Of a stretch of 64,000 nucleotides of DNA, positions 9,372-19,463 are shown in pieces; the first letter of the stretch is position 1; each line of letters begins with the position of its first letter. The stretch is from Vulcanimicrobiota bacterium. GTDB taxonomy: Bacteria; Vulcanimicrobiota; Xenobia; Xenobiales; JADMJV01. Location: the NCBI GenBank assembly GCA_050250895.1, contig JBFWNU010000001.1, positions 1,416,008-1,480,007 of the forward strand, written 5' to 3'. The notes below the pieces were generated by a model. It was not told the DNA's origin and made no database searches. It worked only from the letters and a program-made list of their open reading frames with translations. The translations under genes and the position numbers were made by a program.

Positions 9372-11338
9372 TCGCCTCGATTGTCCGCCCGCGAGAGGGA
9401 ATCCTGCGCCGGCAGTCGTACGGTGAAGCGGGCGCCCTGCGGCAGCGATTCGGCCGAGAGATGGCCGCCGTGGCGCTCGACGATCTTGTGGCTGATGGAC
9501 AAGCCCAGCCCCGTGCCCTGCCCCACCGGACGAGTCGTGAAGAACGGCTCGAACATTCGCTCACCCACTTCCTGGCTAAAGCCGGGACCACGATCTTCCA
9601 CGATGACCGCCACCTCGCTGCCCCGCCGCTCGGTAGAAACCCACAGCTCGGGGGCCCGGGCGCCATCCGATAGAACGGCATCGCGGGCGTTGAGGATCAG
9701 GTTGGTCACGACCTGTTGCAACTCACCCGCGTTGGCCAGCACCGGTGGCACCGGCTGCAGCCGCCGTTCGATGGTGACGCCGTCAAGATGCAGTTGAGCC
9801 TGGGTCAAGACCAGAGCGTTGGTCACCACGGCCGTCACATCGACAGGCTCGCGAGCATCCGGGGCCGGACGCGAATAGTCGAGCAACTGAGCGATGATGA
9901 CTTTGGCACTTTGCGAGGCCCCCTCGGCGAGTTCGAGTTTATCGTCGACCTTGTCGGTCTTGCCCTTGCGCAGGTTGCGACGGGCCAATTGCAGATTGAG
10001 CAGCACAGCCCCCAGCGGAGAGTTGATTTCGTGGGCGACTCCGGCAGCCAGTTGGCCGACAGCGGCCAGCTTGCTGGTGCGAATCAGCTCCTCCTGGGAA
10101 GCCTGCAGTTCGCTATGAGCCTTGACCAGGCTCTGGTGAGCCAGTTGCAGCTCGTCGAGGCGGCGGGCAGCCAAAAGTGCCGGAATGGTCTGATCGGCGG
10201 CCAGGGCCAGCAAATGCAACTCCCGCCGGCTGTAGCGTACCGGCTCGGTCTGGCCGACGTAGAGCACTCCGAAATTGGCCAGCGGCAGGGCCACCGCCGA
10301 CTGTTCGCCGAGCAACAGTCTTTGACCGTGGATATGGTGGGGCTGGCTGAGCAAGAGCTTGCGGGTCTTCCAGGCTTCCTCCACGATCGGCTCGCTGACC
10401 GCCGGCCTGGCCAACCGGTCGTTCTGGGGCGAGGACCAGCGCACCGGTCGCAACTGGTCGTCGACCAGAAAGAAGACCACGCTGGTGCAGGGCAAGAGCC
10501 GGGCGATCGAGTCGATGGCCAGGTCCAGGGTGCCGGTCAGATCGGGCGCCTGGGCGAAGTCTCGACTCAGCTGCTCGAGCAGGGTCCGCTCTTCGACCTT
10601 GGTGTGCAGTTCTTCGCGAACCCGTTCGAGCCGGCTGTTGAGCTGTTTGACCTCGGCCTCGGTGCGGTGGCTGCGTTCCACCCCGGCCAGGTCCTGGTGG
10701 GCCTGATACCGGCCTTCGGTCAGCCATCCGACCTGGCTGACGGCCCATAGCATGGGCATCCAGAACAGGCCCAGCCAGGGTGAATCAGACGAGAGCAGCC
10801 AGGCAAAGGCGGGACTGGCCAACCCGGCCACGAGACGGGTGGCCGCCAGGCTGCGAGTAACTTCGCTTTCCTTGCGACCGAGCCAACGGGGTGCGAGGCG
10901 GACCAGAGGGACGTAGACCAGAAGGGCAGCCAGCATCGCCATCCTGGGCTCGGTCAGCAGGGCCAGCATGGCCAGGGCGGCCGTGCAAGGCCAGGCTTCT
11001 TCCAGGGCTTCGGTCACCCGCTCCACCGGCGGGCCCGAACTCCAAAGCCCGCGAACCAGCAGGCTCACCGCCAGGATGAGGGTGGCCGCCCGTGGACCAA
11101 GCGTGGCGGTCATGCCGGCAGCCAGGTAGAGAGCCGCGGCGCCGCTTGCATGACCAGTCTGGACGCGCTCGGCCAGCCCCTCCAGCGCCAGCGCGGCCAG
11201 GCCCACGGCCACAGCCAATAGCGGAGCGCTGGGAGCACCCCCCAGGGCCAGGCTGAGGCCGGCCAATGACATGACCACCAGCAAAGGTATCCAGGGCATT
11301 GTATTGGATACGCAACTCGGGGGCTGGTATTCCTCCAC
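9368..11338 (-). CDS. Membrane sensor histidine kinase (multi-TM, GAF, HisKA, HATPase)
   Basis: AHEINSPL, NLILNARDA, EDRGPG, FEPFFTT, GTGLGL. Confidence 0.93.
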   Translation of the reverse strand: MEEYQPPSCVSNTMPWIPLLVVMSLAGLSLALGGAPSAPLLAVAVGLAALALEGLAERVQTGHASGAAALYLAAGMTATLGPRAATLILAVSLLVRGLWSSGPPVERVTEALEEAWPCTAALAMLALLTEPRMAMLAALLVYVPLVRLAPRWLGRKESEVTRSLAATRLVAGLASPAFAWLLSSDSPWLGLFWMPMLWAVSQVGWLTEGRYQAHQDLAGVERSHRTEAEVKQLNSRLERVREELHTKVEERTLLEQLSRDFAQAPDLTGTLDLAIDSIARLLPCTSVVFFLVDDQLRPVRWSSPQNDRLARPAVSEPIVEEAWKTRKLLLSQPHHIHGQRLLLGEQSAVALPLANFGVLYVGQTEPVRYSRRELHLLALAADQTIPALLAARRLDELQLAHQSLVKAHSELQASQEELIRTSKLAAVGQLAAGVAHEINSPLGAVLLNLQLARRNLRKGKTDKVDDKLELAEGASQSAKVIIAQLLDYSRPAPDAREPVDVTAVVTNALVLTQAQLHLDGVTIERRLQPVPPVLANAGELQQVVTNLILNARDAVLSDGARAPELWVSTERRGSEVAVIVEDRGPGFSQEVGERMFEPFFTTRPVGQGTGLGLSISHKIVERHGGHLSAESLPQGARFTVRLPAQDSLSRADNRGE

Positions 11339-11372
11339 AGGTCTGCAGCCGGCCGTGCCGAATTCCAGAGCG

Positions 11373-12650
11373 ATGTTGTTCTCCTACAAATGCACCGACG
11401 GAGACGGCAACTTCTTTGATGGAGTGGTCAACGAGGATTCTCTCGAAGCTGCTCGCGCCATGCTCGAGTCCAAAGGATGGCAAGTCCTGCGTCTGCAACC
11501 TCGCGGCAAGCGTGGTGAGCGGCCCCCCCGGCGCGAGCCTGCGCCGATTCAGGCCGCGGCCCCCAAAGGCCGGTCTCGGCGCAGTCAGGTGGTGGGGGTG
11601 GAAGAGAACTCGCTGCGCCTGAGTCTTGACCAGTGCAGACTGTTCACGGTGCAATTATCGGTCCTTCTGGGCGCGGGGGTGCCCCTGGCCCGGGCCCTCG
11701 AGTCGCTGTGCCGGGCCGAGATGAACGCTCTTCGCGAGGCAGCTGAGGTCCTCTACGAGCGGGTGACCGCGGGGCACATGCTCAGCCAGGCGATGCGGAG
11801 GTTGCCCCGGGCGTTTGACCGCCCCTATGTGGCCATGATCGAGGCCGGAGAAAAGTCGGGTCAATTGCAGTCTTGCCTGACCGCCCTGGCTCACCGCCTC
11901 GAGACCCGCCAGGCCCTGGTCGGCCGCATCCGGCAAGCGCTGGCTTATCCGGCCGCGGTCACCCTGACCAGCCTGTTGATGCTGGGGTTCTTGTTGTACT
12001 ATATGTTTCCTCGCTTTGTGGAGGTCTTCGCCCAGAGCGGATTGGATTTGCCGCTCTTGACCCGGGTGGTGATGGCGCTCTCGTCGAACGTTCTCGTGCC
12101 TCTGGTGACCCTGGTGGTATTGATAGAGACGGTGGTCATCTTGTTGAGCGACTCCACCGGCGGACGCCTCTCGGGGCTGCGCTCGTGGTTGCTCTACCAG
12201 ACGCCGGTGCTAGGAGCCCTCAATCGTAAGGCCAGTTTGGCCCAAACCTGTCAGGATCTGGGAGGGTTGGTCGAGGCCGGGGTTCCGCTTTCGAACGCCC
12301 TGGATTTCGTGGCCCGCCAACCTCGCTCGGATCTGGCGCTCAGCGCGGCCCTGAGCCGGGTCCAGGAAGGGGTGGTGGGCGGCGACTCGCTGGCCTCGTC
12401 TTTTGGGCAGGAGCCTGTTTTTCCGCTGCTTTTGACCTCATCGGTGGCAGTGGCCGAGGAGAGTGGCGAACTGCCGATGTGGCTAGACCGGGTGCGGCGC
12501 AACCTGGCCCTGGAGGTGGATCTGGGAGTGGCCTTCTTGATGGAGCTGGTCGAGCCGTTGACGCTGGGGCTACTCGGCATCGGCGTGGCCATTATCGTGC
12601 TGGCCGCATTTTTGCCCATCTATCAGATGGTCACTGTCAACCTCGGCTAG
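11373..12650 (+). CDS. pilC: Type IV pilus/T2SS platform protein (PilC/GspF family)
   Basis: LLGAGVPL, MIEAGEKSGQL, ALAYP, VAEESGEL, EP..AFLPIY; start at MLFSYKC. Confidence 0.9.
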   Translation: MLFSYKCTDGDGNFFDGVVNEDSLEAARAMLESKGWQVLRLQPRGKRGERPPRREPAPIQAAAPKGRSRRSQVVGVEENSLRLSLDQCRLFTVQLSVLLGAGVPLARALESLCRAEMNALREAAEVLYERVTAGHMLSQAMRRLPRAFDRPYVAMIEAGEKSGQLQSCLTALAHRLETRQALVGRIRQALAYPAAVTLTSLLMLGFLLYYMFPRFVEVFAQSGLDLPLLTRVVMALSSNVLVPLVTLVVLIETVVILLSDSTGGRLSGLRSWLLYQTPVLGALNRKASLAQTCQDLGGLVEAGVPLSNALDFVARQPRSDLALSAALSRVQEGVVGGDSLASSFGQEPVFPLLLTSSVAVAEESGELPMWLDRVRRNLALEVDLGVAFLMELVEPLTLGLLGIGVAIIVLAAFLPIYQMVTVNLG

Positions 12651-12656
12651 ATTTGC

Positions 12657-12662
12657 TATAAT
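12657..12662 (+). promoter_or_regulatory. -10 element of a leaderless transcript
   Basis: TATAAT followed by 6 nt then ATG 12669, no Shine-Dalgarno. Confidence 0.7.
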
Positions 12663-12668
12663 CTCTTT

Positions 12669-14255
12669 ATGCGAAGGGCCCGGATACGAGGAGCAGCCAT
12701 TCTCGTGGCTTTGTTCTTTGTTTTGGTGGCCTTCTTCCTGGTCACGGCCATCACCGCCAATACTCAGCGCGAACTGACCCTTACGCGACGCGCGGCCGTC
12801 GAGACCCAACGTGTCTACCTGGCTCTGGGAGCGGTCAACGAGGCCATCGCACTTTTAGCCGAGGGTCAGGCCTGGGAGACCTATCCGGCCGACTCGCCGC
12901 TGCGGCTTGACCGCGACGGTGTTCAGATCGAAGCGTTTTACGTCGAGGATGAGATCAATCCTGGTCTACTCCACGTCACGGCCCGGGTCTTTCCGGCCGG
13001 CCAGCCCAATCAAGCGGTGTGGCGGACGCGGGTGGTGCGCAAGGCCTCCGAACCTCAGGGCGCGGTTTACTCTATGCATTGGGGCTCGGGCGCTCAAGAG
13101 ATCCCGTCGGTCATGACCCGCACCAGTCAGGGGGGCGACTGGAAGCTGCTGCCAAATCCCGGCAGCAAGCGGATGCTCGGCATCGCGGCCGGCAACAATA
13201 CGGTCTACGCGGCCGCCTTCCAGTTGCCGCCTCTGTTCGATGCCATCGGCCTGCAGATGTTTCGTGATAGCATCGTGGGCCAGGTCGACGGCATCGCCAC
13301 CTGGGATAGGGTTTTCACCGGACTCATCATGGAAGATGCCGAAGCTCAGGCCCTTTTCAACTTTCCCCTAGACTGGAGTATCTCGCGCTATGACGTGACC
13401 AGCAACAGTTGGCGCGAAGTGCTCTCGTTGGGCTCGGGCGAGATCGGCGGGCGGCCGTGCCCCACTGACGACGGGGTCTATATGCCCACGGTCGGTCGCA
13501 GCGGCGGGGGCAAGATTTATCACTATTCCGAGAACTCCGGTACCACCACCCAGATCCCGGCGCCACCCGCTCAGGTGTATACCAGCGATGGCAGTCTGGG
13601 CAGCGGCGGAAAGGGCGGCATCACCGCCCTGGGCGAGCGGGACGGGACGCTTTTCGCGTCGGCGACCTATGAGAACGGCTCGGCTGTCTACCAGCAGAAC
13701 GAGCAGGGCGGTTGGGATCGGCTCCCACCCGTACCGCGCATGGCTTATCTGGACGGGCAGGTGGTCACCAAGCCAGGAGTCGCCCATTACGCCGACCTGG
13801 TGGGGGTGACCACCGAGGGAGAACCGGTGGTCGTCTATAAAGGCGGCCTCGAGCAGTATGTCGCCACCAACCGGGCCCTCTATTCCGACCCTGACGGAAT
13901 GATGGTCTTGCGTAACGGGCAGTGGGAGTTGCTGACGCCGCCTCCGGCCGGCACCTATGACTCGGCCGGCAACTACACGCCGGGGCAGGGCCATTTCAAC
14001 CAGTACCACTCGGTCTCGGTGGACGTCGAAGGACGCATCGTCGCCAGTCTCGACGGGCCGGTCCTCGATGTCCTGCAGGTTTATGACAAAGGCGAGTGGT
14101 CGGTGATGCCACCGGCTCCTCGCGAGTACAACCAGCGGGTGGGCGGCTCGCGCACGGTCGAGGGGCAGTTCCAGCCGGATACGCTCGAGTTGAGCGCCGG
14201 CGGGGTGTTCGACCCTTCCAACCTCAATCGCTATTCCCCCGTCAGCACCTATTGA
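12669..14255 (+). CDS. PilX-like minor pilin fused to a Kelch/beta-propeller-like repeat domain (putative tip adhesin)
   Basis: RRARIRG|AAILVALFF pilin-like N-terminus without E5; repeated WxxLPxP units. Confidence 0.65.
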   Translation: MRRARIRGAAILVALFFVLVAFFLVTAITANTQRELTLTRRAAVETQRVYLALGAVNEAIALLAEGQAWETYPADSPLRLDRDGVQIEAFYVEDEINPGLLHVTARVFPAGQPNQAVWRTRVVRKASEPQGAVYSMHWGSGAQEIPSVMTRTSQGGDWKLLPNPGSKRMLGIAAGNNTVYAAAFQLPPLFDAIGLQMFRDSIVGQVDGIATWDRVFTGLIMEDAEAQALFNFPLDWSISRYDVTSNSWREVLSLGSGEIGGRPCPTDDGVYMPTVGRSGGGKIYHYSENSGTTTQIPAPPAQVYTSDGSLGSGGKGGITALGERDGTLFASATYENGSAVYQQNEQGGWDRLPPVPRMAYLDGQVVTKPGVAHYADLVGVTTEGEPVVVYKGGLEQYVATNRALYSDPDGMMVLRNGQWELLTPPPAGTYDSAGNYTPGQGHFNQYHSVSVDVEGRIVASLDGPVLDVLQVYDKGEWSVMPPAPREYNQRVGGSRTVEGQFQPDTLELSAGGVFDPSNLNRYSPVSTY

Positions 14256-14764
14256 TTGGGCAGGTGGAAGCGCCTCACCACCCGGTAGCGCCCGCGCTCC
14301 TGGCGTTCCCCGGCAAAATCGGTGTCGAGACTGACCTCGAGCAGACCGGGGGCCACGATTTCGAAAGCGATCCCCCCGTCGCCGACCGCCGCCAGCGGTC
14401 GCTCGGCCCCTCCTGAGTCGATACTGAGCAGATGACCATTGGTGACCCTGACCGTCACACTCTGGCTAAACACCGGCTGGCCGGCGGTGGTCACGACCAA
14501 TTGTTCGCCATTGATGTCGGGCAGATCGATCTCGAGTTCGGTGACCAACCCGTCGCTCTCGGCCAGGTTGACGTGAGCCCCGCGCAGTAGGCGAGCCAGA
14601 TGCTCGATCCCCAGCATGGCGTTGCGTTGAGCCAACTCGTTGACATCCGAATGGCGGCGGGCGTCGACACTGACCATGTAGGCCTGAACCGTAAACACGG
14701 CCAGTAGCGCCATCACGCCAGCGGCCACCAGGACCTCGACCAGCGAGAGGCCTTGACGCCTCAT
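14249..14764 (-). CDS. Prepilin-type protein (PilW-like minor pilin)
   Basis: MRRQG|LSLVEVLVA class III signal. Confidence 0.85.
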   Translation of the reverse strand: MRRQGLSLVEVLVAAGVMALLAVFTVQAYMVSVDARRHSDVNELAQRNAMLGIEHLARLLRGAHVNLAESDGLVTELEIDLPDINGEQLVVTTAGQPVFSQSVTVRVTNGHLLSIDSGGAERPLAAVGDGGIAFEIVAPGLLEVSLDTDFAGERQERGRYRVVRRFHLPNQ

Positions 14765-15138
14765 TTCTTGACCACCTTGGTGCTGACCGTGTAGTGGTGT
14801 TCGCCGTCACGGTCGGTCCAGTAGACGATCACCTCTAGTTGCTTGAGCAGCGCGCTGGCCGGGTCTGGCTCAGCAGTGCGCTCGTACTCAAAGCCCGTCA
14901 CCGAAGCTGCCTGGCGTGCCTGATCGACATCGGCAGCGAAATCGGTTTCGAGGGTGTTGATGGCCTCATCGATCAGGCTGCTGGCCAGCACGCTGGCGGT
15001 ATGGCGTTCGCTGGCGCCTTGCTGGCTCCGCAAGGCGTAAATCTGTAAGGCGATCAGGGCGAACAGGGCAATGCTGACCACCAACAAGGCTGCCATGACT
15101 TCAGCCAGCGCGAAGGCTGCTTTCCCCCGATACGACAC
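14761..15138 (-). CDS. Prepilin-type protein (PilV-like minor pilin)
   Basis: RGKAA|FALAEVMAALL; GTG 15138 lies 6 nt after TATAAT (15150-15145). Confidence 0.82.
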   Translation of the reverse strand: MSYRGKAAFALAEVMAALLVVSIALFALIALQIYALRSQQGASERHTASVLASSLIDEAINTLETDFAADVDQARQAASVTGFEYERTAEPDPASALLKQLEVIVYWTDRDGEHHYTVSTKVVKK

Positions 15139-15164
15139 CTTCCGATTATAACATGGCCAGGGCC

Positions 15165-16028
15165 TCATGGCTCGACGGCGTTGACCAGCGCCTCGAGAAC
15201 GCTTTGGTGGGCTGGCTCGAGGGGGCGAAGCGGGGAGCGGGGCGGGCCTCCGACCAGGCCTCGCAGACTCATGGCGTATTTGAGACCGGCCAGGCCGTAG
15301 CCGGCCGAGGCGCCGATGGCGCGGTTGAGCGGGATCAGCCGAGCGGCCAGTTGGCGGGCTGGCTCGAATTGTCCTAGCTTGAACAGGTCGAACACACGCA
15401 CACAGGCCTCGGGCAACACGTTGGCCAGGGCCAGAATTCCGCCGCTGGCTCCTACCATCAAGCCCGGCAGTAGCACCCCGGCGGCACCCAGCAGATAGTC
15501 GAACCCTTCGGGCCGGCTGGCCATGATCTCTTGCAGGCAGGCCAGATCGCCGGCGCTGTCCTTGATCCCCACGATGCGCGGATGCGAGGCCACCTCGAGG
15601 AGCAACTCTGACGGGAGCTTGATGCCGGTGTATTGCGGGATCTGATAGACTACCAGCGGCAGGGGCGAATGCTGGGCAAGTTCTAGATAATAGCCAAGCT
15701 GATCGGCCTGCGAGCCGAAATAGGCGGGGGTTCGCACCAGACCGTAGTCTGCTCCCAGTCTGGCAGCCTCTTCCAGCCCTTTGAGCGTGCCCGCGGTCGA
15801 TTCGTGGGCGACCCCGGCCAGCAGCCGGCGGCGGGTCGCCTGGCGAGCCAGCTCCAGCAGGCGCCGCCCTTCGGCCGGCGTCAACAGCGGACTCTCGGCC
15901 GAGCTGCCCAGGATCAGATAGCCGACCAATCCCGTCTGCTCGTAGTAGGCCAGATTGGCCACAAAGGCTTGCTCGTCGAGCTGCTGGTCGCGAAAAGGGG
16001 TGGTCAAAGGGGCGTAGATGCCTTGCAT
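15165..16028 (-). CDS. DapA/NAL-family aldolase (HOGA-like)
   Basis: GIYAPLTTPF, GSSAE, YQIP, GIKDS. Confidence 0.9.
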   Translation of the reverse strand: MQGIYAPLTTPFRDQQLDEQAFVANLAYYEQTGLVGYLILGSSAESPLLTPAEGRRLLELARQATRRRLLAGVAHESTAGTLKGLEEAARLGADYGLVRTPAYFGSQADQLGYYLELAQHSPLPLVVYQIPQYTGIKLPSELLLEVASHPRIVGIKDSAGDLACLQEIMASRPEGFDYLLGAAGVLLPGLMVGASGGILALANVLPEACVRVFDLFKLGQFEPARQLAARLIPLNRAIGASAGYGLAGLKYAMSLRGLVGGPPRSPLRPLEPAHQSVLEALVNAVEP

Positions 16029-16077
16029 GAGGCCGTTTTTGACAAATCTAGAGGGTCGCCTGTCCAGACGAAAGAAC

Positions 16078-17022
16078 ATGGCCCCCTTGAGCGGACTGTG
16101 GTCAGAGTTCACCAGTTGGATCAGCCAGGAGCACCTGACGCGGGCTGGCGAGACGGGCATTGTTTTCCTGACTTATCTAGGCCTGCGCGTCTTTTTGGGC
16201 CGTTCGGCCCAGACGCTGGTCAAGCAGGTCGATCGCCGTTTTCGTTTTCTCAAGAACGCCAACTTCGCCCTCAACGTCGTCCTGGTGCTATGTCTTTATC
16301 AGCTCTGGCTCAGCCGCGGCCTGGGGGTAGCTTCCTTCGTGGGTCTGCTCTCGGCCGGGTTGGCTTTTGTCTTTCGCGAGCCCTTGCTGAATCTGGCCGG
16401 CTGGGTTTTCATCGTGACCCGACATCCCTTTTCGCTCGGGGATCGCATCCAGGTGGGCAACCTCCATGCCGGCGACGTTATCGACATCGGGGTTTACGAT
16501 TTCACCCTGATGGAGATCGGCAACTGGGTCGACGCCGATCAGAGCACGGGTCGCATCATTCACGTTCCCAATGGTCTGGTCTTCAATCAGGCCATAGCCA
16601 ATTATAATCAGGGGTTTCCCTTTCTCTGGCATGAGCTCAAGGTGGTGCTGACCTACGAGAGCGACTGGCGCAAAGCCAGCACTTTGCTGCAAGAGGTGGC
16701 CGACAAAAATTCCGAGGTGGACCGCGAGGAACGCGATGCCACCATCGCCGAGTTGCAGCGACAAGAGAACTACCTGATCTACTTCAAGCATCTCACGCCG
16801 ATCGTGTATGTGTCCAAGGCCGACTCGGGAGTGCTATTGACTCTCCGTTACCTGTGCCAGCCGAGGCGCCGCCGGGCCACCGAGAACCGGCTCTGGCAGG
16901 ACATTCTCGACTCTTTCGGCCAGCACGAAGACATCACGTTTGCCTATCAGACCCAGAGGGTCAGGCATGATCCTTTCATGGAGTCAACCACCCAAATGGG
17001 TGAGAGGGAGTTTCGAGCCTGA
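16078..17022 (+). CDS. Small-conductance mechanosensitive channel family protein
   Basis: PFSLGDRIQVG, GDVIDI, QSTGRIIHVPN. Confidence 0.9.
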   Translation: MAPLSGLWSEFTSWISQEHLTRAGETGIVFLTYLGLRVFLGRSAQTLVKQVDRRFRFLKNANFALNVVLVLCLYQLWLSRGLGVASFVGLLSAGLAFVFREPLLNLAGWVFIVTRHPFSLGDRIQVGNLHAGDVIDIGVYDFTLMEIGNWVDADQSTGRIIHVPNGLVFNQAIANYNQGFPFLWHELKVVLTYESDWRKASTLLQEVADKNSEVDREERDATIAELQRQENYLIYFKHLTPIVYVSKADSGVLLTLRYLCQPRRRRATENRLWQDILDSFGQHEDITFAYQTQRVRHDPFMESTTQMGEREFRA

Positions 17023-17043
17023 TTCGAACTTTGGGTGTTCGAG

Positions 17044-18501
17044 ATGTCGGCAAGCGATTGGAAGATGTCCCCTCTGTTTGAGGACTATACAGTGGGCGCG
17101 GCCTACGATGAGATGGTGGACCCCCAGCGCGGGCTGCGGGGAGCCTATCAAGAGCTGTACGCCCATCTGGCCGCCCTGCCTTTCGAAGAGATCAACAATC
17201 GCCAGAAGACCGCCGACCTGCACTTTCTCAATCAAGGCATCACCTTCACTGTCTATGGTCGGGACGACGAAGGCGAGCGGATCTTCCCCTACGATCTGAT
17301 TCCCAGAGTGATCACCGCCCGTGACTGGGATAAGCTGGCTCGCGGGCTCGAACAACGGATTACCGCTCTCAATCTTTTCCTCAAAGACATCTACGGCAAC
17401 GCCCAGATCTTGTCCGACAAGGTCGTCCCCCGCGAGTTGATCTATAGTTGCAAGCACTACCGGCGCGAGATGCGAGGCATTCGCGTGCCCCGCGACATCT
17501 ACGTCTCGATCGTGGGCACCGACCTGGTCTGCGTCGACGGCAGCTTTGCGGTGCTCGAAGACAACCTGCGGGTGCCCAGCGGGGTTTCCTACATGCTGGC
17601 CAACCGCCAGGTCATGAAGCGCATTTTCCCGCTGCTCTTCCGCAATTACGGAGTGCGTTCCATCGACAATTACGGGCGGGCTTTGCTGACCACCCTGCGC
17701 GACCTGGCCCCGGCCGGTCGCCCTGACCCGACAGTGGTCTTGCTCACTCCCGGCGTCTACAACTCGGCCTACTTCGAGCACGCCTTTCTGGCCCGCCTGA
17801 TGGGTATTCCCCTGGTGGAAGGTCGCGACCTCATGGTTCACAACAACGTGGTTTATCAGCGTTCGACCGCCGGCCTCAAGCGGGTCGACGTGATCTATCG
17901 TCGCATCGATGACGATTTCATCGACCCCCTGGCCTTTCGCAAAGACTCGGTCCTGGGCGTTCCCGGTCTTTTCAACGCTTATCGTCACGGCAATATCTCG
18001 CTGGCCAACGCCATCGGCACCGGGGTGGCCGACGACAAGGCCCTCTACGCGTACGTGCCCGAGATCATCCGCTACTATCTCGATAGCGATCCCATTATCG
18101 ACAACGTCGAAACGTATTTGCTCACCGACTCGGCCCAGCGCGACCATGTGCTGGGACGGCTCGACCAGTTAGTGGTCAAAGCCGTGGGCGAATCGGGGGG
18201 CTACGGAATGCTGATCGGCCCTCACAGCACCCAGGCCGAGCGCGACAAGTTTCGCCAGTTGATTCTCGACAACCCGCGCAACTACATCGCTCAGCCCACC
18301 CTGCAGCTGTCGTGCGCGCCCTGCTTTTGCGACGGCAAAGTCGAGCCCCGCCACGTCGATCTGCGGCCCTACATCCTTAACGGGCAGTCTTTCAACATCG
18401 TGCCCGGCGGCCTGACCCGGGTGGCTCTGACCAAGGGCTCGCTGGTGGTCAACTCGTCGCAGGGCGGCGGCAGCAAGGATACCTGGGTGCTCGACGACTG
18501 A
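17044..18501 (+). CDS. Circularly permuted type 2 ATP-grasp protein
   Basis: [47 protein letters not shown]; exact start uncertain. Confidence 0.95.
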   Translation: MSASDWKMSPLFEDYTVGAAYDEMVDPQRGLRGAYQELYAHLAALPFEEINNRQKTADLHFLNQGITFTVYGRDDEGERIFPYDLIPRVITARDWDKLARGLEQRITALNLFLKDIYGNAQILSDKVVPRELIYSCKHYRREMRGIRVPRDIYVSIVGTDLVCVDGSFAVLEDNLRVPSGVSYMLANRQVMKRIFPLLFRNYGVRSIDNYGRALLTTLRDLAPAGRPDPTVVLLTPGVYNSAYFEHAFLARLMGIPLVEGRDLMVHNNVVYQRSTAGLKRVDVIYRRIDDDFIDPLAFRKDSVLGVPGLFNAYRHGNISLANAIGTGVADDKALYAYVPEIIRYYLDSDPIIDNVETYLLTDSAQRDHVLGRLDQLVVKAVGESGGYGMLIGPHSTQAERDKFRQLILDNPRNYIAQPTLQLSCAPCFCDGKVEPRHVDLRPYILNGQSFNIVPGGLTRVALTKGSLVVNSSQGGGSKDTWVLDD

Positions 18502-19463
18502 TGCTTTCTCGGGTGGCTGATAACCTTTTCTGGATGGGCCGCTACCTGGCCCGGGCCGAGCACACCGCGCGCGTGCTCGACGTGCAGCTCGACATGGCCC
18601 TCGACCGGGCCCCCGAAGAGGCGCGCAAGCGCTGGTCGCGAGTCCTTGACACGCTCTCGCTCGAGTTGGATCCCGATGATCTCTTGGACAACTACCGGAT
18701 CGTCCAGAAAGTCACCTTTGACGCCCAGCAGTTATCCTCGTTGCGAGGTTCGGTGCGGGCCGCTCGCGAGAACGCCCGCCAGATCCGAGAGCTGATCAGC
18801 TCCGAGATGTGGGAGATGCTCAACCGGCTCTATCTCGGGGTGGAAGAGACCCGCAAGAATCGGCGCTGGATCGAAGAACCGCACGCCTTTTTTCGTGAGG
18901 TCAAACAGCAGATTCACCTGTTTTGCGGGGTTACCGACTCGACCATGACCCGGGGCCAGGGTTGGCAGTTCATTACCGCCGGCCGCAGCATCGAGCGTGC
19001 TCAAGCCGTGAGTTCGCTATTGCGGGTGACGCTGGCGCCCAGTCTCGACAGTCACGAGCCCATGGTCGACGAATACCTCGAACTGGTGGCCACTCTTCGT
19101 TCCTGCACCGCCTTCGAGGCCTTTTGCAAGGTTCATAGCGCCGATTTGCGGCCCGACCCCATCGCCGAGTTCTTGCTCAAGAACGGGGGCTTTCCACACT
19201 CGGTGCGCTTCTCGGTCGAGACCCTTTGCCAGGCGCTGGCGGCGATCGCCGCCGAGACCGGGGTCAGCGCCAGCGATTTCGAGCACCTGGCCCGACGCAC
19301 CAGGGCTTCGCTCGAGTTTCGACCGCTCAGCGAGATTCTCGAACGGGGATTGGGCAGTTTCTTGAGCTGGATCGAGTCGAACCTCCATGAGGTCCACGCC
19401 GGGATCTATAACGTCTATATCTCCAACCCGCTGCGACTGGCTCAGGAGTGGGAGATCGGCTGA
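18501..19463 (+). CDS. Alpha-E domain protein
   Basis: [32 protein letters not shown]; coupled to the ATP-grasp gene. Confidence 0.93.
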   Translation: MLSRVADNLFWMGRYLARAEHTARVLDVQLDMALDRAPEEARKRWSRVLDTLSLELDPDDLLDNYRIVQKVTFDAQQLSSLRGSVRAARENARQIRELISSEMWEMLNRLYLGVEETRKNRRWIEEPHAFFREVKQQIHLFCGVTDSTMTRGQGWQFITAGRSIERAQAVSSLLRVTLAPSLDSHEPMVDEYLELVATLRSCTAFEAFCKVHSADLRPDPIAEFLLKNGGFPHSVRFSVETLCQALAAIAAETGVSASDFEHLARRTRASLEFRPLSEILERGLGSFLSWIESNLHEVHAGIYNVYISNPLRLAQEWEIG

